Part shown: piece by piece, positions 8,792 through 18,420 of the stretch
Layout: the number at the start of each line of letters is the position of its first letter
How positions within the stretch are numbered: position 1 is the stretch's first letter
From: Candidatus Krumholzibacteriia bacterium
GTDB lineage: Bacteria > Krumholzibacteriota > Krumholzibacteriia > LZORAL124-64-63
Direction of reading: 5' to 3'
NCBI GenBank assembly: GCA_030592845.1
Contig: JAUVII010000002.1
Location: 581 to 64,580, forward strand
DNA length: 64,000 bases
Notes under the pieces: generated by a model
Seen by the model: only the letters and a program-made list of their open reading frames with translations
Databases searched by the model: none
What the model was told of the DNA's origin: nothing
Position numbers and translations under genes: made by a program

Positions 8792-11700
8792 CTACTTTAC
8801 CAGAGCCATCTTCTGGACCTTGACCTCACCGCCGGTCCGGGCCTCGTAGAAATAGATACCGGAAGAGACACTGCCTCCCTGGTTGTCGGTACCGTCCCAG
8901 ACGATGGTCTGGTCCGCACCCGCGGGCCGGTTGCCATCGATCATGGTCTTGACCAACTGTCCGCGCACATTGTAGATGCAAAGCTTCAGATGACCAGCGG
9001 TCGGCATCGAATACTTGATCGTCGTGCTGGGGTTGAATGGGTTCGGATAATGGTTTGTCTGGAAGGTAATGCCGGGCAGGACCGGGGATACATCCTGGGG
9101 GTCACCCGCGACACCAAAGTACAACAGAACGTCCCTCAGCAATTGAGCACGGCCCGGCCGAAGGTTGCCGGCAGCCGCGGGATCCGTATAGACATACATC
9201 AGATCCACGGGCATGGAGATGACCCTGCTGCCACCGGCCAAGAGGTTCAAGGCGGCAGCGGAATAGGAGTACTGCCCACCCGTGGGATTATCGAATTCCG
9301 CGATCCGAAGAGCGGTTCCTAACACATTTACTCCGTCAAAGGAGTTGACATCGTAACAACCGCCGAAGGCAATCCAGGTCTGCAGGCTGCCGTTGAATAC
9401 CGGATTACCCGCAGTGACCCTGACCAGTGGGGTGGTCTGGTTGCCGATAAGCGGCCGGACATCGTGGGTCACCGTTGAAACACCCATATAGCCCTCAAGA
9501 AAAGCCTGGCCCTCGGATCCGGACTGGGCCAGATCGCTCGCCAGACCATCACCGGTCAGGAAGATGTCCTTGCCGCCCTGATCGAGCCAACCTGTCAATG
9601 TCGCGACATCGTTACCGGCATCATTGTTGAAGTCGCCGTTGGCCAGGGTGAAGATGCCCATTGCACCGCTGGTGTAGAGGATATCATCGTAGTCCGTCAG
9701 CAGGATGTGGCTGGCACGACCTCCAATTCCGTTACCAACGTCTGAGTCGGGACCGTTGACGAAATACACGTCGTAGTCCTCACCGACCAGCAGGCCGATG
9801 TTGTTCAGTGCGGAATGCCATTCATTCTCGCCGCCATAGTCGGCGAAGTCGTTGATGAACAGGATACCCGGCTGCTCGTAGCCACCGAAACCATTGTCAC
9901 GGATACTCGGCAGGGCACGGACCACAAACCTGGGGTCATAGTTCAGGGGATTCCCGAAACCGGTGCTGAACCCGGTAGTGTCTGCGGGTAGCAGCGCGGT
10001 CTGGGGATCGCTTCCCCCCCCCCCACCTATGGCGTCGGTAGCGGAGATGAAATAATGCAGTACGTCGCCCGGAAACAGGAAGCCTGTGTCGGGCAGGTCG
10101 AAGGCCCACTTGCCCGGAGTCCAGGGTTCGTTGCCGCGGATGGCCTTCATGCCAGGCACTGTACCCATGTCAGGCAGACCAGCGGTACGATACGGATCGA
10201 AGACAGGGTTGGCATCCAGGAGGTAGTGCAGTTCGGGATCACCGTCGAATTCGGCCCCGGCCCGGACAGGAACGAGGGTGAAGATTATGGAATCACCGGG
10301 ATCGTTACGCAGTTCCAAGGCTCTCGAGATGTTTTTTGCCGCATCGAAGCGAACACTGTGCGAACCGGGATCGCCCATGTCGATCGAACCGCGGTCGGGA
10401 AAGTTATCCTGGGCAATGTCAATCGTACGAGAGGACATACCCGGACCAAGGTAGGGAAAAATCTTGACGGTCACGTTGTCGAAGAAGGGTGCCGGGTAAC
10501 CATCGTTACCGATCCAGCCCCAGATCCAACCCAGTTCGGCGACGCTCAAGGCCACCTGGACTTCGTCGCGGCCGGGGTTCATCAGTTCGGTGATGTCGCC
10601 GCTGGGGGATTTGTAGTTCGGACCACCGTATCCAACAGTGTTGTAGTTCCGCCAGCCCTGATCCGTGATGATCTGAACGCCATTTCCGGCGGACCCGTCG
10701 GTATCAGCCGAACGGACATTCCAGATCCAGAAGATACCGGGAGAGTCAGAGGACAGGTCTTCGTGTACATAGACCTCAAAACTCAGGAAGATGCCGTCGT
10801 AATCCGGACCACCGCCGCCGTCCTTGGGGTGCGGCCAGGCCATGACGGGCGATTCAATCACGTTGTGGATGTATTCCGACCCGGCGATGAGACCACCAGT
10901 GGTGTTCACGATGTAGCCGCCTGGGCCGTAGCACCAGTTGATGCAGTCACTACCGCCGGTGCCGGGCACGACGACGCCGTCGTCGATGAAGGCGACCTGC
11001 GGGGTTGAGTTGGTTCTACAGGGATCGGCATCCACCAGGCCCGTCCAGATCCTGGAAAAGTCGCCGACACCATCGGGGATCCCGAGGTTCCAGATACCGA
11101 AATCGTCAGGATCGCCGCCGTGCTCGAAGTCCTCGAAGAAGTCCGCGTCAAATGCACCATTGACGATGTTGACGTTGATGTCGTCAACCTGGCAAGCGCC
11201 CGCGGTCGGCCACCGGCAACCCTCATCGGACCAGCCGCCATCGGACTTGAAGCGGAAGTACACCGCGATATCCGTGCCGTCCATGTACTCCTGGGGCAGG
11301 TAGGTAACCGAACCCTCGACAGCCACCGTGCCGGTCCCGTCCCAGCTCTGGATGTCGCCAAGGCGCTGACCACGGTACCTGTAGCTCAGATAGGTGTAAT
11401 CGTACTCCGGCTCACAGTCGTGCATCAGGGTGGCCGTAACGGTAACGGTGGAGCTGATGTCGGGGTTGGGCACGGTCTGGCGGAACTCGATGAGATCGTG
11501 CCAACCGTTGCCGTAACCACCAGCGACGTCGTTGGTATCGCAGGCGTCAAAATTGATATCGCCACACCAAGCCGCGTGGTTGGCGGGATTGGGCTGGTTG
11601 TAGGTGCTGACATTCCAGTGGGAAACTGTCGGCTGGGTGACGTCGTAGTGGGTCCAGCCGTTCCAGGCAGGATCCCCGTTGGCGTCCTCAAAGTCGCCGT

Positions 11701-11923
11701 CATAGTACGGCTCAAGGCCGCCGTCGCGGGGATCGGAATTGTTGGTCGGGTCGTTGGAGGCGGCCATCAGATTGATGGTGTCAAGCTCGGCCTTGTTGAA
11801 ATGGACGCTTCCGCCATGGATTATTGAGTTGCCCAGAGTCATTTGCGGGAGTTCCCCTGCGAATGAAAAAAGAGCAAACACCACGGCAAGCGCAAAACAA
11901 GCGAACATGGTGAGTTTCTTCAT
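8792..11923 (-). CDS. Large secreted protein with T9SS/FlgD-Ig-like C-terminal sorting domain, function unknown
   Basis: Signal peptide MKKLTMFACFALAVVFALFSFA (ATG 11923 after AGGGGGAAA). The C-terminal ~80 aa (YPNPFNPSTTIKY...IYNVRGQLV...WDGTDNQGGSVSSGIYFYEA...KMALVK) matches the Por_Secre_tail/FlgD_ig pattern. I saw no HExxH or other catalytic motif. Confidence 0.8.
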   Translation of the reverse strand: MKKLTMFACFALAVVFALFSFAGELPQMTLGNSIIHGGSVHFNKAELDTINLMAASNDPTNNSDPRDGGLEPYYDGDFEDANGDPAWNGWTHYDVTQPTVSHWNVSTYNQPNPANHAAWCGDINFDACDTNDVAGGYGNGWHDLIEFRQTVPNPDISSTVTVTATLMHDCEPEYDYTYLSYRYRGQRLGDIQSWDGTGTVAVEGSVTYLPQEYMDGTDIAVYFRFKSDGGWSDEGCRWPTAGACQVDDINVNIVNGAFDADFFEDFEHGGDPDDFGIWNLGIPDGVGDFSRIWTGLVDADPCRTNSTPQVAFIDDGVVVPGTGGSDCINWCYGPGGYIVNTTGGLIAGSEYIHNVIESPVMAWPHPKDGGGGPDYDGIFLSFEVYVHEDLSSDSPGIFWIWNVRSADTDGSAGNGVQIITDQGWRNYNTVGYGGPNYKSPSGDITELMNPGRDEVQVALSVAELGWIWGWIGNDGYPAPFFDNVTVKIFPYLGPGMSSRTIDIAQDNFPDRGSIDMGDPGSHSVRFDAAKNISRALELRNDPGDSIIFTLVPVRAGAEFDGDPELHYLLDANPVFDPYRTAGLPDMGTVPGMKAIRGNEPWTPGKWAFDLPDTGFLFPGDVLHYFISATDAIGGGGGSDPQTALLPADTTGFSTGFGNPLNYDPRFVVRALPSIRDNGFGGYEQPGILFINDFADYGGENEWHSALNNIGLLVGEDYDVYFVNGPDSDVGNGIGGRASHILLTDYDDILYTSGAMGIFTLANGDFNNDAGNDVATLTGWLDQGGKDIFLTGDGLASDLAQSGSEGQAFLEGYMGVSTVTHDVRPLIGNQTTPLVRVTAGNPVFNGSLQTWIAFGGCYDVNSFDGVNVLGTALRIAEFDNPTGGQYSYSAAALNLLAGGSRVISMPVDLMYVYTDPAAAGNLRPGRAQLLRDVLLYFGVAGDPQDVSPVLPGITFQTNHYPNPFNPSTTIKYSMPTAGHLKLCIYNVRGQLVKTMIDGNRPAGADQTIVWDGTDNQGGSVSSGIYFYEARTGGEVKVQKMALVK
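10014..10024 (-). repeat. G11 homopolymer (C11 on the + strand) inside the T9SS cargo gene
   Basis: Read directly from the sequence. It encodes the GGGGG in ...TDAIGGGGGSDPQT... and is currently in frame. Confidence 0.9.
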
Positions 11924-12218
11924 TGGTTTCCCCCTAGTGGATTTTGCGCAAATATTCCTCCAGTATTTTCCAACTAAATTTATTTCCATTTCCTCCAATG
12001 TCTTATTCTATCATTGTTGAACGCCCACTGTCAATATAGCAGCCCGTTTTTTGGGGACCGATGTGGCGATTACAGGCATTTCACCAAGCTCGACCACATC
12101 CGCGTGACAGACCATCTTACAGATTTCGATAATTATCTCTCAATTATTTACAGGTCATCAGGTTCCGTGATACAGTCAGGTCGGTCGTCACGGGATACTG
12201 CAGAATCCAGGAGAAACC

Positions 12219-15194
12219 ATGATCGGCAAGACATTCTCCCACTACACTATCGTCGAGAAACTGGGCGAAGGTGGAATGGGCGTTGTGTATCTGGCCGAGG
12301 ACACCAAACTTCTACGTAAGGTCGCTCTCAAATTCCTGCCTGAAAATGCCGTCCACGAGGCTGACAAGGTCCGCTTTCTGCAGGAAGCGCGGGCAGCCGC
12401 GGCGCTCAATCATCCCAATGTCTGTACGATTCACGAGATCGATGAGGTGGACGACCATGTCTTCATTTCCATGGAGTATGTGCCTGGTCAAACACTTCAA
12501 GATTTGATCGATTCCGGTGAACTGGATCGCGACAAGGCTGTGGAACTTGTAGTCCAGATCGCCTCCGGACTGAAGCTCGCCCATGAAGCCGGCATCGTGC
12601 ATCGCGACATCAAGCCCGCCAACATCATCGTCACTCCCGACGGGCAGGCCAAGATCATGGATTTCGGTCTGGCCAAGTTCATGAATCTCGCCCGAATCAC
12701 CAAGTCCCACACCACCCTCGGTACGGCGCCCTACATGTCGCCCGAACAGGTCCAGGGCAGTACGGTAGATCACCGTTCGGATATCTGGTCGTTGGGGGTG
12801 TGCCTGTACCAGATGGTTTCGGGACAACTGCCATTCGCCGAAGAACACAGCCTGGCGCTTATGTATTCCATCGCCAACCAGGAACCGGAGGCGCTGAGCG
12901 AGGTTTGCAAAGAGACTCCTGCGGCTCTTTCGGCCACCGTGAATTTGATGTTGACCAAGAAAGTGGATGAGCGTTACCAGAGCTGCGAGCAGTTGCTGGA
13001 CGATTTGAACCAAAGCCGAGTTAGACCGGCACCGTTGAGCTCCGGTAGGCGACGATTGATGTATGCAGGGGCAATTTTCCTGATTCTACTGGGTTTTCTG
13101 GCCAGTAAGATGTGGCCCACTCGGGAACCAACGACCCTGCAGGATACCGCCGCGAACAAGGTCGCGGTTTTGCCCTTCACCTACAAAGGCAGCGCGGAAA
13201 ACGAATGGCTCGCCGAGGGTATGATGGATCTGCTGATCAACACCATGGACGGTTTGAACGGCACCCGTACCGTCGATGCCAGTGCGGTCATCCGGGTGGT
13301 CCGGCAGGTTGGCGACTCGGCCACCCGGATCGACGGCTACGAGGTGGCGTCGCAATTGGCGGTGAACCGTTTCATTCTCGGTGAAATCATTGAGATCGGA
13401 GGAGGCCTGCGTATCAGCGCGGGATTATACGATGCTACGAATCGTCAGTCCCCTCCGATTCGTGGTGCTGCCGATGGGAAAGTTGCCGGTCTTTTTGCAC
13501 TGGCGGACGATCTGGCAGCCCAATTGATGGCGGGGTCCCAGACCGAAGGTGATCAGTCCGCGGCCAAGGCGGCAATCACCCGCACCAGCTTGCCGACGGT
13601 GAAATTATATATGGAGGGATTGCGACTGTATCGGAACAAGGATTACAAAGGCTCCAAGGCTACTTTCACTCGTGTTGTGGAACAGGACAGCCTGTTTGCC
13701 CTTGGCTGGTATGCGTTGTCGTGGTTCGGCATGGGCTCCAGCGAGGCCAGGAACGCGGCCAACAGGGCCTATGAGCTGAGCGACGATCTTCCACCTCGCG
13801 AACGCCGTCTGATAGCGGGTGCACATGCTCTTTTATTGGGTCGCCACGATGAAGCAGAAAAACACTTCAAGGCGGTCCTCGAGATCTACCCCCAGGATAT
13901 TTGGGCCCTGGAATCGATAATGGGGCTGTACTGGTCGACCAATGCCTTCCGCGGTCGTTCCATGTACGAGGCGATCAGTTACGATCGCCGTATCAAGGAA
14001 CTTGATCCTGAAGCGGGCAACAATTTTTATCTCAACTGGTACGCCATCGACATGCAGGATATGGAGTTCTTGGCGGAAAATGATTTTTGTGGTGAAGGTG
14101 CTTACCAGATGTGCCTCTGGAACACGTTGGTGCAGGCATACGACTCCTTGTCAGAATCGATCATGGATGAACTCAAGGATGTTTACAAAACCATCGCCGT
14201 TGACTACGGGCTGCCAGAGGTTCCAACCACCTATCCCGAGACCCCCTACTTGGTTGTCTCCGCACATGGATTCCACGATACCATCTTGATGAACTTCGAT
14301 GCGCTGCGGCCCAACCGGGACATTTCCTTGAAACTGGCCCACATGTTGACCGACCCTTCCGTGATTCCTCTTGCCCGCCAGAAGGGATGGTGGCGAATGG
14401 CCTACCTGTCAGCGGGTCGCGGAAGTGTGCAGGCATCTCAAGCATATCTGGACTCATTTCTCACCCTGGACAAGCCTCTGGAAGCGGAAGCACCACAATT
14501 CATTCCGGTTGCAGAGATGTATTCACGGGCGCAGCTGTTGGTTCTGCCTTTTCTGGCCGCAGCGCCCGCTGAACAGGACTCGATGCGTGCCGTACTCGAG
14601 CAATATGATCCATCCTCCGTTCCATATCTTTCCGGCTGGACGGAAAACGGAAACCACAGGTTGATTCGTTTGCACCTGCTGGGCCTGCTGACCTGTCAGC
14701 TCGGGGATCACGCCGCAGCCCTCGAGTACGCCGACCAGTTGCACCGCCTGGAACCGACCGAAATCACAGGAACCTCCGCGGTGGATCTTGCACTCGGTAT
14801 CCGGGCACGGGTGGCCCGGAACGAAGGTCGCGTACAGGAGGCCCTGACCATCATGGAATCAGCTCCCCGGCACGTTACCTTTGGCAATCATGAAATGTCT
14901 GATTTCCTGGAACAGTCACAGGAGCGTTACTTCCGGGGCGAACTTCTGGCCAGCCTGGGCCAGCACGATCAGGCCCTGCGGTGGTTCGAATCGACCCGGA
15001 ATGTCGCCTCGCTTCTTTTCAATACCATCCGCTTCTACAAAATGGCCCAATGCCACGACGCGCTCGGCCACCCGGCCGAAGCCATCGAGAACTATCGCCA
15101 GTTCATCCGGGTGTGGGCCGATTGCGACCCCGAACAGAAACCGCTGGTTGATGACGCCCGGGCACGCCTGGCGCAAATCGAATCCTCCGGGTAG
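12219..15194 (+). CDS. Ser/Thr protein kinase with TM anchor, periplasmic domain and TPR repeats
   Basis: Hanks-kinase motifs are present: GEGGMGVVYLA, VALK, HRDIKPANI, DFGLAK, APYMSPEQ. TM segment LMYAGAIFLILLGFLA. A VAVLPF-type domain and TPR-like C-terminus follow. ATG follows GGAGAAACC. Confidence 0.9.
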   Translation: MIGKTFSHYTIVEKLGEGGMGVVYLAEDTKLLRKVALKFLPENAVHEADKVRFLQEARAAAALNHPNVCTIHEIDEVDDHVFISMEYVPGQTLQDLIDSGELDRDKAVELVVQIASGLKLAHEAGIVHRDIKPANIIVTPDGQAKIMDFGLAKFMNLARITKSHTTLGTAPYMSPEQVQGSTVDHRSDIWSLGVCLYQMVSGQLPFAEEHSLALMYSIANQEPEALSEVCKETPAALSATVNLMLTKKVDERYQSCEQLLDDLNQSRVRPAPLSSGRRRLMYAGAIFLILLGFLASKMWPTREPTTLQDTAANKVAVLPFTYKGSAENEWLAEGMMDLLINTMDGLNGTRTVDASAVIRVVRQVGDSATRIDGYEVASQLAVNRFILGEIIEIGGGLRISAGLYDATNRQSPPIRGAADGKVAGLFALADDLAAQLMAGSQTEGDQSAAKAAITRTSLPTVKLYMEGLRLYRNKDYKGSKATFTRVVEQDSLFALGWYALSWFGMGSSEARNAANRAYELSDDLPPRERRLIAGAHALLLGRHDEAEKHFKAVLEIYPQDIWALESIMGLYWSTNAFRGRSMYEAISYDRRIKELDPEAGNNFYLNWYAIDMQDMEFLAENDFCGEGAYQMCLWNTLVQAYDSLSESIMDELKDVYKTIAVDYGLPEVPTTYPETPYLVVSAHGFHDTILMNFDALRPNRDISLKLAHMLTDPSVIPLARQKGWWRMAYLSAGRGSVQASQAYLDSFLTLDKPLEAEAPQFIPVAEMYSRAQLLVLPFLAAAPAEQDSMRAVLEQYDPSSVPYLSGWTENGNHRLIRLHLLGLLTCQLGDHAAALEYADQLHRLEPTEITGTSAVDLALGIRARVARNEGRVQEALTIMESAPRHVTFGNHEMSDFLEQSQERYFRGELLASLGQHDQALRWFESTRNVASLLFNTIRFYKMAQCHDALGHPAEAIENYRQFIRVWADCDPEQKPLVDDARARLAQIESSG

Positions 15195-15212
15195 CGACTC
15201 AACCGATTTATT

Positions 15213-16898
15213 TTAATCCAGAAGCCGCTCCAACATGGGCATGGAACCGGGCACCCAGCGGCCTGCCGCCTCCTTTTCCTCCCCCAGTTCACCCAGGATC
15301 TCCCGCAGGACAGTCAGGCCGGCTGGGATGTGATCGAGAAAGGACCGCTTGCCCTTGACGTGCCCCAGGAATCCGTAGGCGCCCAAGGCCTGCATGATAC
15401 GCTGCAACCCCGCGGCCAGGGACATGGCCCGGATATCCTCGGTACTGAAGGTCCCCGAGGGATCGGAAGCAAACCGGTCCAGAAGTCCGGCGCGCAATTC
15501 CGCAGGAAGGGCGACGTAGGGATCCAGAAGCAGTGACACCAGGTCGTAGGTAAGCGGGCCCAACCGCATGCCCTGAAAATCCACCAGACGGACCCTGCCA
15601 TCCTGCAGATGAATGTTCTGTGACTGGAAATCGCGATGGATCAACACTTGGGGTTGGGCGGCCACGGTCACGGCCAGGGCCTGGAATTCCCCGTCGAGTT
15701 CCGCCAGGTCGGCCAGGTCGGCCAGGTTCAGGCCCAGGTGTCCAGCCAGGAAGTGTTCCCTGAAATAATCCGTCTCCCATCGCAGGGCTTCATAATCCAG
15801 ACAGCGGTCCACCGCGAGATGGCACTCCGACCGGGCCGCGTCCGTGGCAGCTTGCATGTCCAGCAATTGGTCCACGGTCAGTCGGTAGGCTTCGGCGACG
15901 GATTCGGACTCGAGGCCGTCGCTTTGGACCAGGGAAAACAGGCTATCCGGACCCAGATCCTCCATCAGGACCGCATGTTCAGCCTCGGCAACGGACAGCA
16001 GGGAGGGTCCACCCAGGTTCCGGTTGGCGAGAAAACCCGCGATCTCTGTGAAGCGGTCGAACTCCTCGTCTTCCGGGGGGCTGATCATGGCTACGGCCGA
16101 CCAATCCCCCACACCCATCCTCCAGAACCTGCGGTCCGAACCGTGGCCGGTGATGCGGTCCAGACTCATCCCCTGGCAACCGGAATCACCTGCGGGCTGC
16201 GCGTGGAGGTACCGAGCCAGGGTCCCCAGATCGCTCCAGTTGAAATCGCCCGGAGCAAACCCCCTGACGCTTTCCGGGGCGACAGCCAAAGCACGCACCA
16301 GCGGATCGATAAGGGAGGAAAAGCCAGGCCCGATATCGGCCAAAATCCTTGAGGAGAAGACACCGATCCCCGTGTAAGTTAGATTCCGGGTGTCACCAGT
16401 GAAATTGCCGCCCGGCTGGCCGGCGATGCTCACGATACGGCCCTCGGCGGACAAGACAACCGAGTTGACCGCAGGCCAGTCCGTCAGCAGCAAAGTGGCC
16501 AGGGAACCGGACCGCAGATGCTCCGCAAACAGCTCTTTCATATCCGCGTCACAAAGGACGTCGCCGTTGTGGAGCAGAAAATTTTCCGCGGCGCCCAAAA
16601 AGTCACGGGCTCCATGCAGGGCGCCGCCGGTACCCAGGATTTTGGCTTCCGGGAACAGGATAAAACGGTTGCTGTCCGGCCTGTCGCCGACATGGGCTTC
16701 CACCATGGCACCCAAATGATGGGTATTGACGCCGATTTCCCTGATCCCGGTCCGGTCGAAACCATCAATGATTAGGTCCAAAAGATGGCGCCCACCCACT
16801 GGCAGCAGGGGTTTCGGGATATGGTCGGTGACCGGCTCCAGCCGTGTACCGTAACCGGCGGCCAGGATCATGCCCCGCAGGCCGCCGCGGTCATTCAT
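15213..16898 (-). CDS. Fused MurU-like nucleotidyltransferase + AmgK-like sugar kinase (UDP-MurNAc salvage)
   Basis: N-terminus ILAAGYGTRLEPVTDHIPKPLLPV is a sugar-1-P nucleotidyltransferase signature. C-terminus IHRDFQSQNIHL...LVDFQG is the APH/AmgK catalytic loop. The 561-aa length equals the sum of separate MurU and AmgK. The start overlaps the namZ stop (ATGAATGA). Confidence 0.8.
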   Translation of the reverse strand: MNDRGGLRGMILAAGYGTRLEPVTDHIPKPLLPVGGRHLLDLIIDGFDRTGIREIGVNTHHLGAMVEAHVGDRPDSNRFILFPEAKILGTGGALHGARDFLGAAENFLLHNGDVLCDADMKELFAEHLRSGSLATLLLTDWPAVNSVVLSAEGRIVSIAGQPGGNFTGDTRNLTYTGIGVFSSRILADIGPGFSSLIDPLVRALAVAPESVRGFAPGDFNWSDLGTLARYLHAQPAGDSGCQGMSLDRITGHGSDRRFWRMGVGDWSAVAMISPPEDEEFDRFTEIAGFLANRNLGGPSLLSVAEAEHAVLMEDLGPDSLFSLVQSDGLESESVAEAYRLTVDQLLDMQAATDAARSECHLAVDRCLDYEALRWETDYFREHFLAGHLGLNLADLADLAELDGEFQALAVTVAAQPQVLIHRDFQSQNIHLQDGRVRLVDFQGMRLGPLTYDLVSLLLDPYVALPAELRAGLLDRFASDPSGTFSTEDIRAMSLAAGLQRIMQALGAYGFLGHVKGKRSFLDHIPAGLTVLREILGELGEEKEAAGRWVPGSMPMLERLLD

Positions 16899-18072
16899 AA
16901 TACCGGAACTCCGCCGTCAATTCGTCGAAAGCCTTCAATTGTTCGGTCCAGTCTGCCTTCATCAGCCACGGTGACAGGCCCGCTTCCACCTGGGTCCGCC
17001 AGGTCTCTCCCCCGGCAAGGATATCGATGGGAAGTTTTTCCGATTCATATTCGTAGGGTGGTTGTTTCCAGCCGAAATATTCGGGCCACAATTTACGGAT
17101 CGCGGCGATGGCTGCCGTGTAGGTGGAAACCGCTTCGAAGATTTCGGGATCAGTTACATGCACCTGAACTCCGCCGCAAACTTCACCGGCAAATTTGTGA
17201 AATGTTGGTTCGAAATGCAGAGGCCGGATGCGGCAGCCAGGCAGGCTCCAGGCGGTCAGGATTCCCGCCAACGTATCGGGTTCCACATAGGGGGCGCCGA
17301 AAATTTCAAAGGGTCTTGTCGTGCCGCGGCCTTCGGAAACGGTGGTCCCTTCGAGCAGACATCCCCCCGGGTAGACCCGGGCCGTTTCCAGGGTCGGCAT
17401 GTTGGGCGAAGGCAGAACCCAGGGCAGCCCCGTGGCCGCGAAATCCATGTCCCGGGTCCATCCCTCCATCCAGATCACCTCCAGATCGAGGTCCAGCCCC
17501 AGCCAACGCGCGAAAAAATCCGCCAACTCACCCGCGGTCATTCCGTGGCGCATGGGGATGGGCGCCAACCCGACGAATGACTTGTACTCCGGATCCAGAA
17601 CAGTTCCTTCGGTATGCAGGCCACCGAGGGGATTGGGGCGGTCCAGGATCATGACCTGGACACCCTTTTCGACACAGGCCTCCATGCACAGCAGCATGGT
17701 CCAGATGAAGGTGTAGTAGCGCGCCCCAACATCCTGCAGATCGATGACCAGAACATCAATGTCATCCAGCATCGCGGCGGTTGGCTTGCGGTGTTCACCG
17801 TACAGGGAGTGAACCGTCAGGCCACTGCCCTGATCGGTATAGCCCTCCCATTCGATCATGTTGTCCTGGGTCTGACCCAGGATGCCGTGCTGCGGTCCGA
17901 ACAGGGTTTTCAAATCCACCGGGCCGGCTTCCTGCATCAGCATGAGGGCATGCCTGAGCCGCTGGTCTACCGAGGCGGGATGTACCAGCAGACCGACACG
18001 TCTGCCCTTCAACCGTGCAAACCCGTCTGCGGCCAGCCTGTCCAATCCCGTATTCACTTGTAACAAAACCAA
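16891..18072 (-). CDS. namZ: DUF1343 family exo-beta-N-acetylmuramidase (NamZ-like)
   Basis: DUF1343-like N-terminus: GLDRL...GRRVGLLVHPASV...LKTLFGPQHG. Start is uncertain (TTG 18072 or GTG 18057). Confidence 0.75.
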   Translation of the reverse strand: MVLLQVNTGLDRLAADGFARLKGRRVGLLVHPASVDQRLRHALMLMQEAGPVDLKTLFGPQHGILGQTQDNMIEWEGYTDQGSGLTVHSLYGEHRKPTAAMLDDIDVLVIDLQDVGARYYTFIWTMLLCMEACVEKGVQVMILDRPNPLGGLHTEGTVLDPEYKSFVGLAPIPMRHGMTAGELADFFARWLGLDLDLEVIWMEGWTRDMDFAATGLPWVLPSPNMPTLETARVYPGGCLLEGTTVSEGRGTTRPFEIFGAPYVEPDTLAGILTAWSLPGCRIRPLHFEPTFHKFAGEVCGGVQVHVTDPEIFEAVSTYTAAIAAIRKLWPEYFGWKQPPYEYESEKLPIDILAGGETWRTQVEAGLSPWLMKADWTEQLKAFDELTAEFRYYE

Positions 18073-18109
18073 CTCCCGGTCAGTTGTAATAATCCGGTTT
18101 GCAGCCGCC

Positions 18110-18418
18110 TCAGCCGTCCCACATGCGTTCGTAGGCGGCCAGACGGTCGGCGATCAGGGCCCGGGCCTCTTTTTCGTTCTTCAGGGGGCGGATGACCTTT
18201 TGCAGGGGCTCGGGATCCTCGACGATGGCCCAGCCAAGCCCCTTTTTCCCCGGCACCGGCCTGCGGACCAGCAGGATCCTGCCGGACATGTTGGTGTCGA
18301 TTTCCTCGACAAGGGGAAAGGTTTCGGCCATCGTCGGCCAAGCCGCCTCTTCCAGGGAAACGATGGATCCCGCATCCAGCTGTTCCACCAGTTTTTCGGG
18401 GGTCATTTTTTGAACCAT
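18110..18418 (-). CDS. Hypothetical 102-aa protein
   Basis: ATG start lies 2 nt after the GT4 stop. Codon usage resembles its neighbours. No motif recognised. Confidence 0.5.
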   Translation of the reverse strand: MVQKMTPEKLVEQLDAGSIVSLEEAAWPTMAETFPLVEEIDTNMSGRILLVRRPVPGKKGLGWAIVEDPEPLQKVIRPLKNEKEARALIADRLAAYERMWDG

Positions 18419-18420
18419 GC

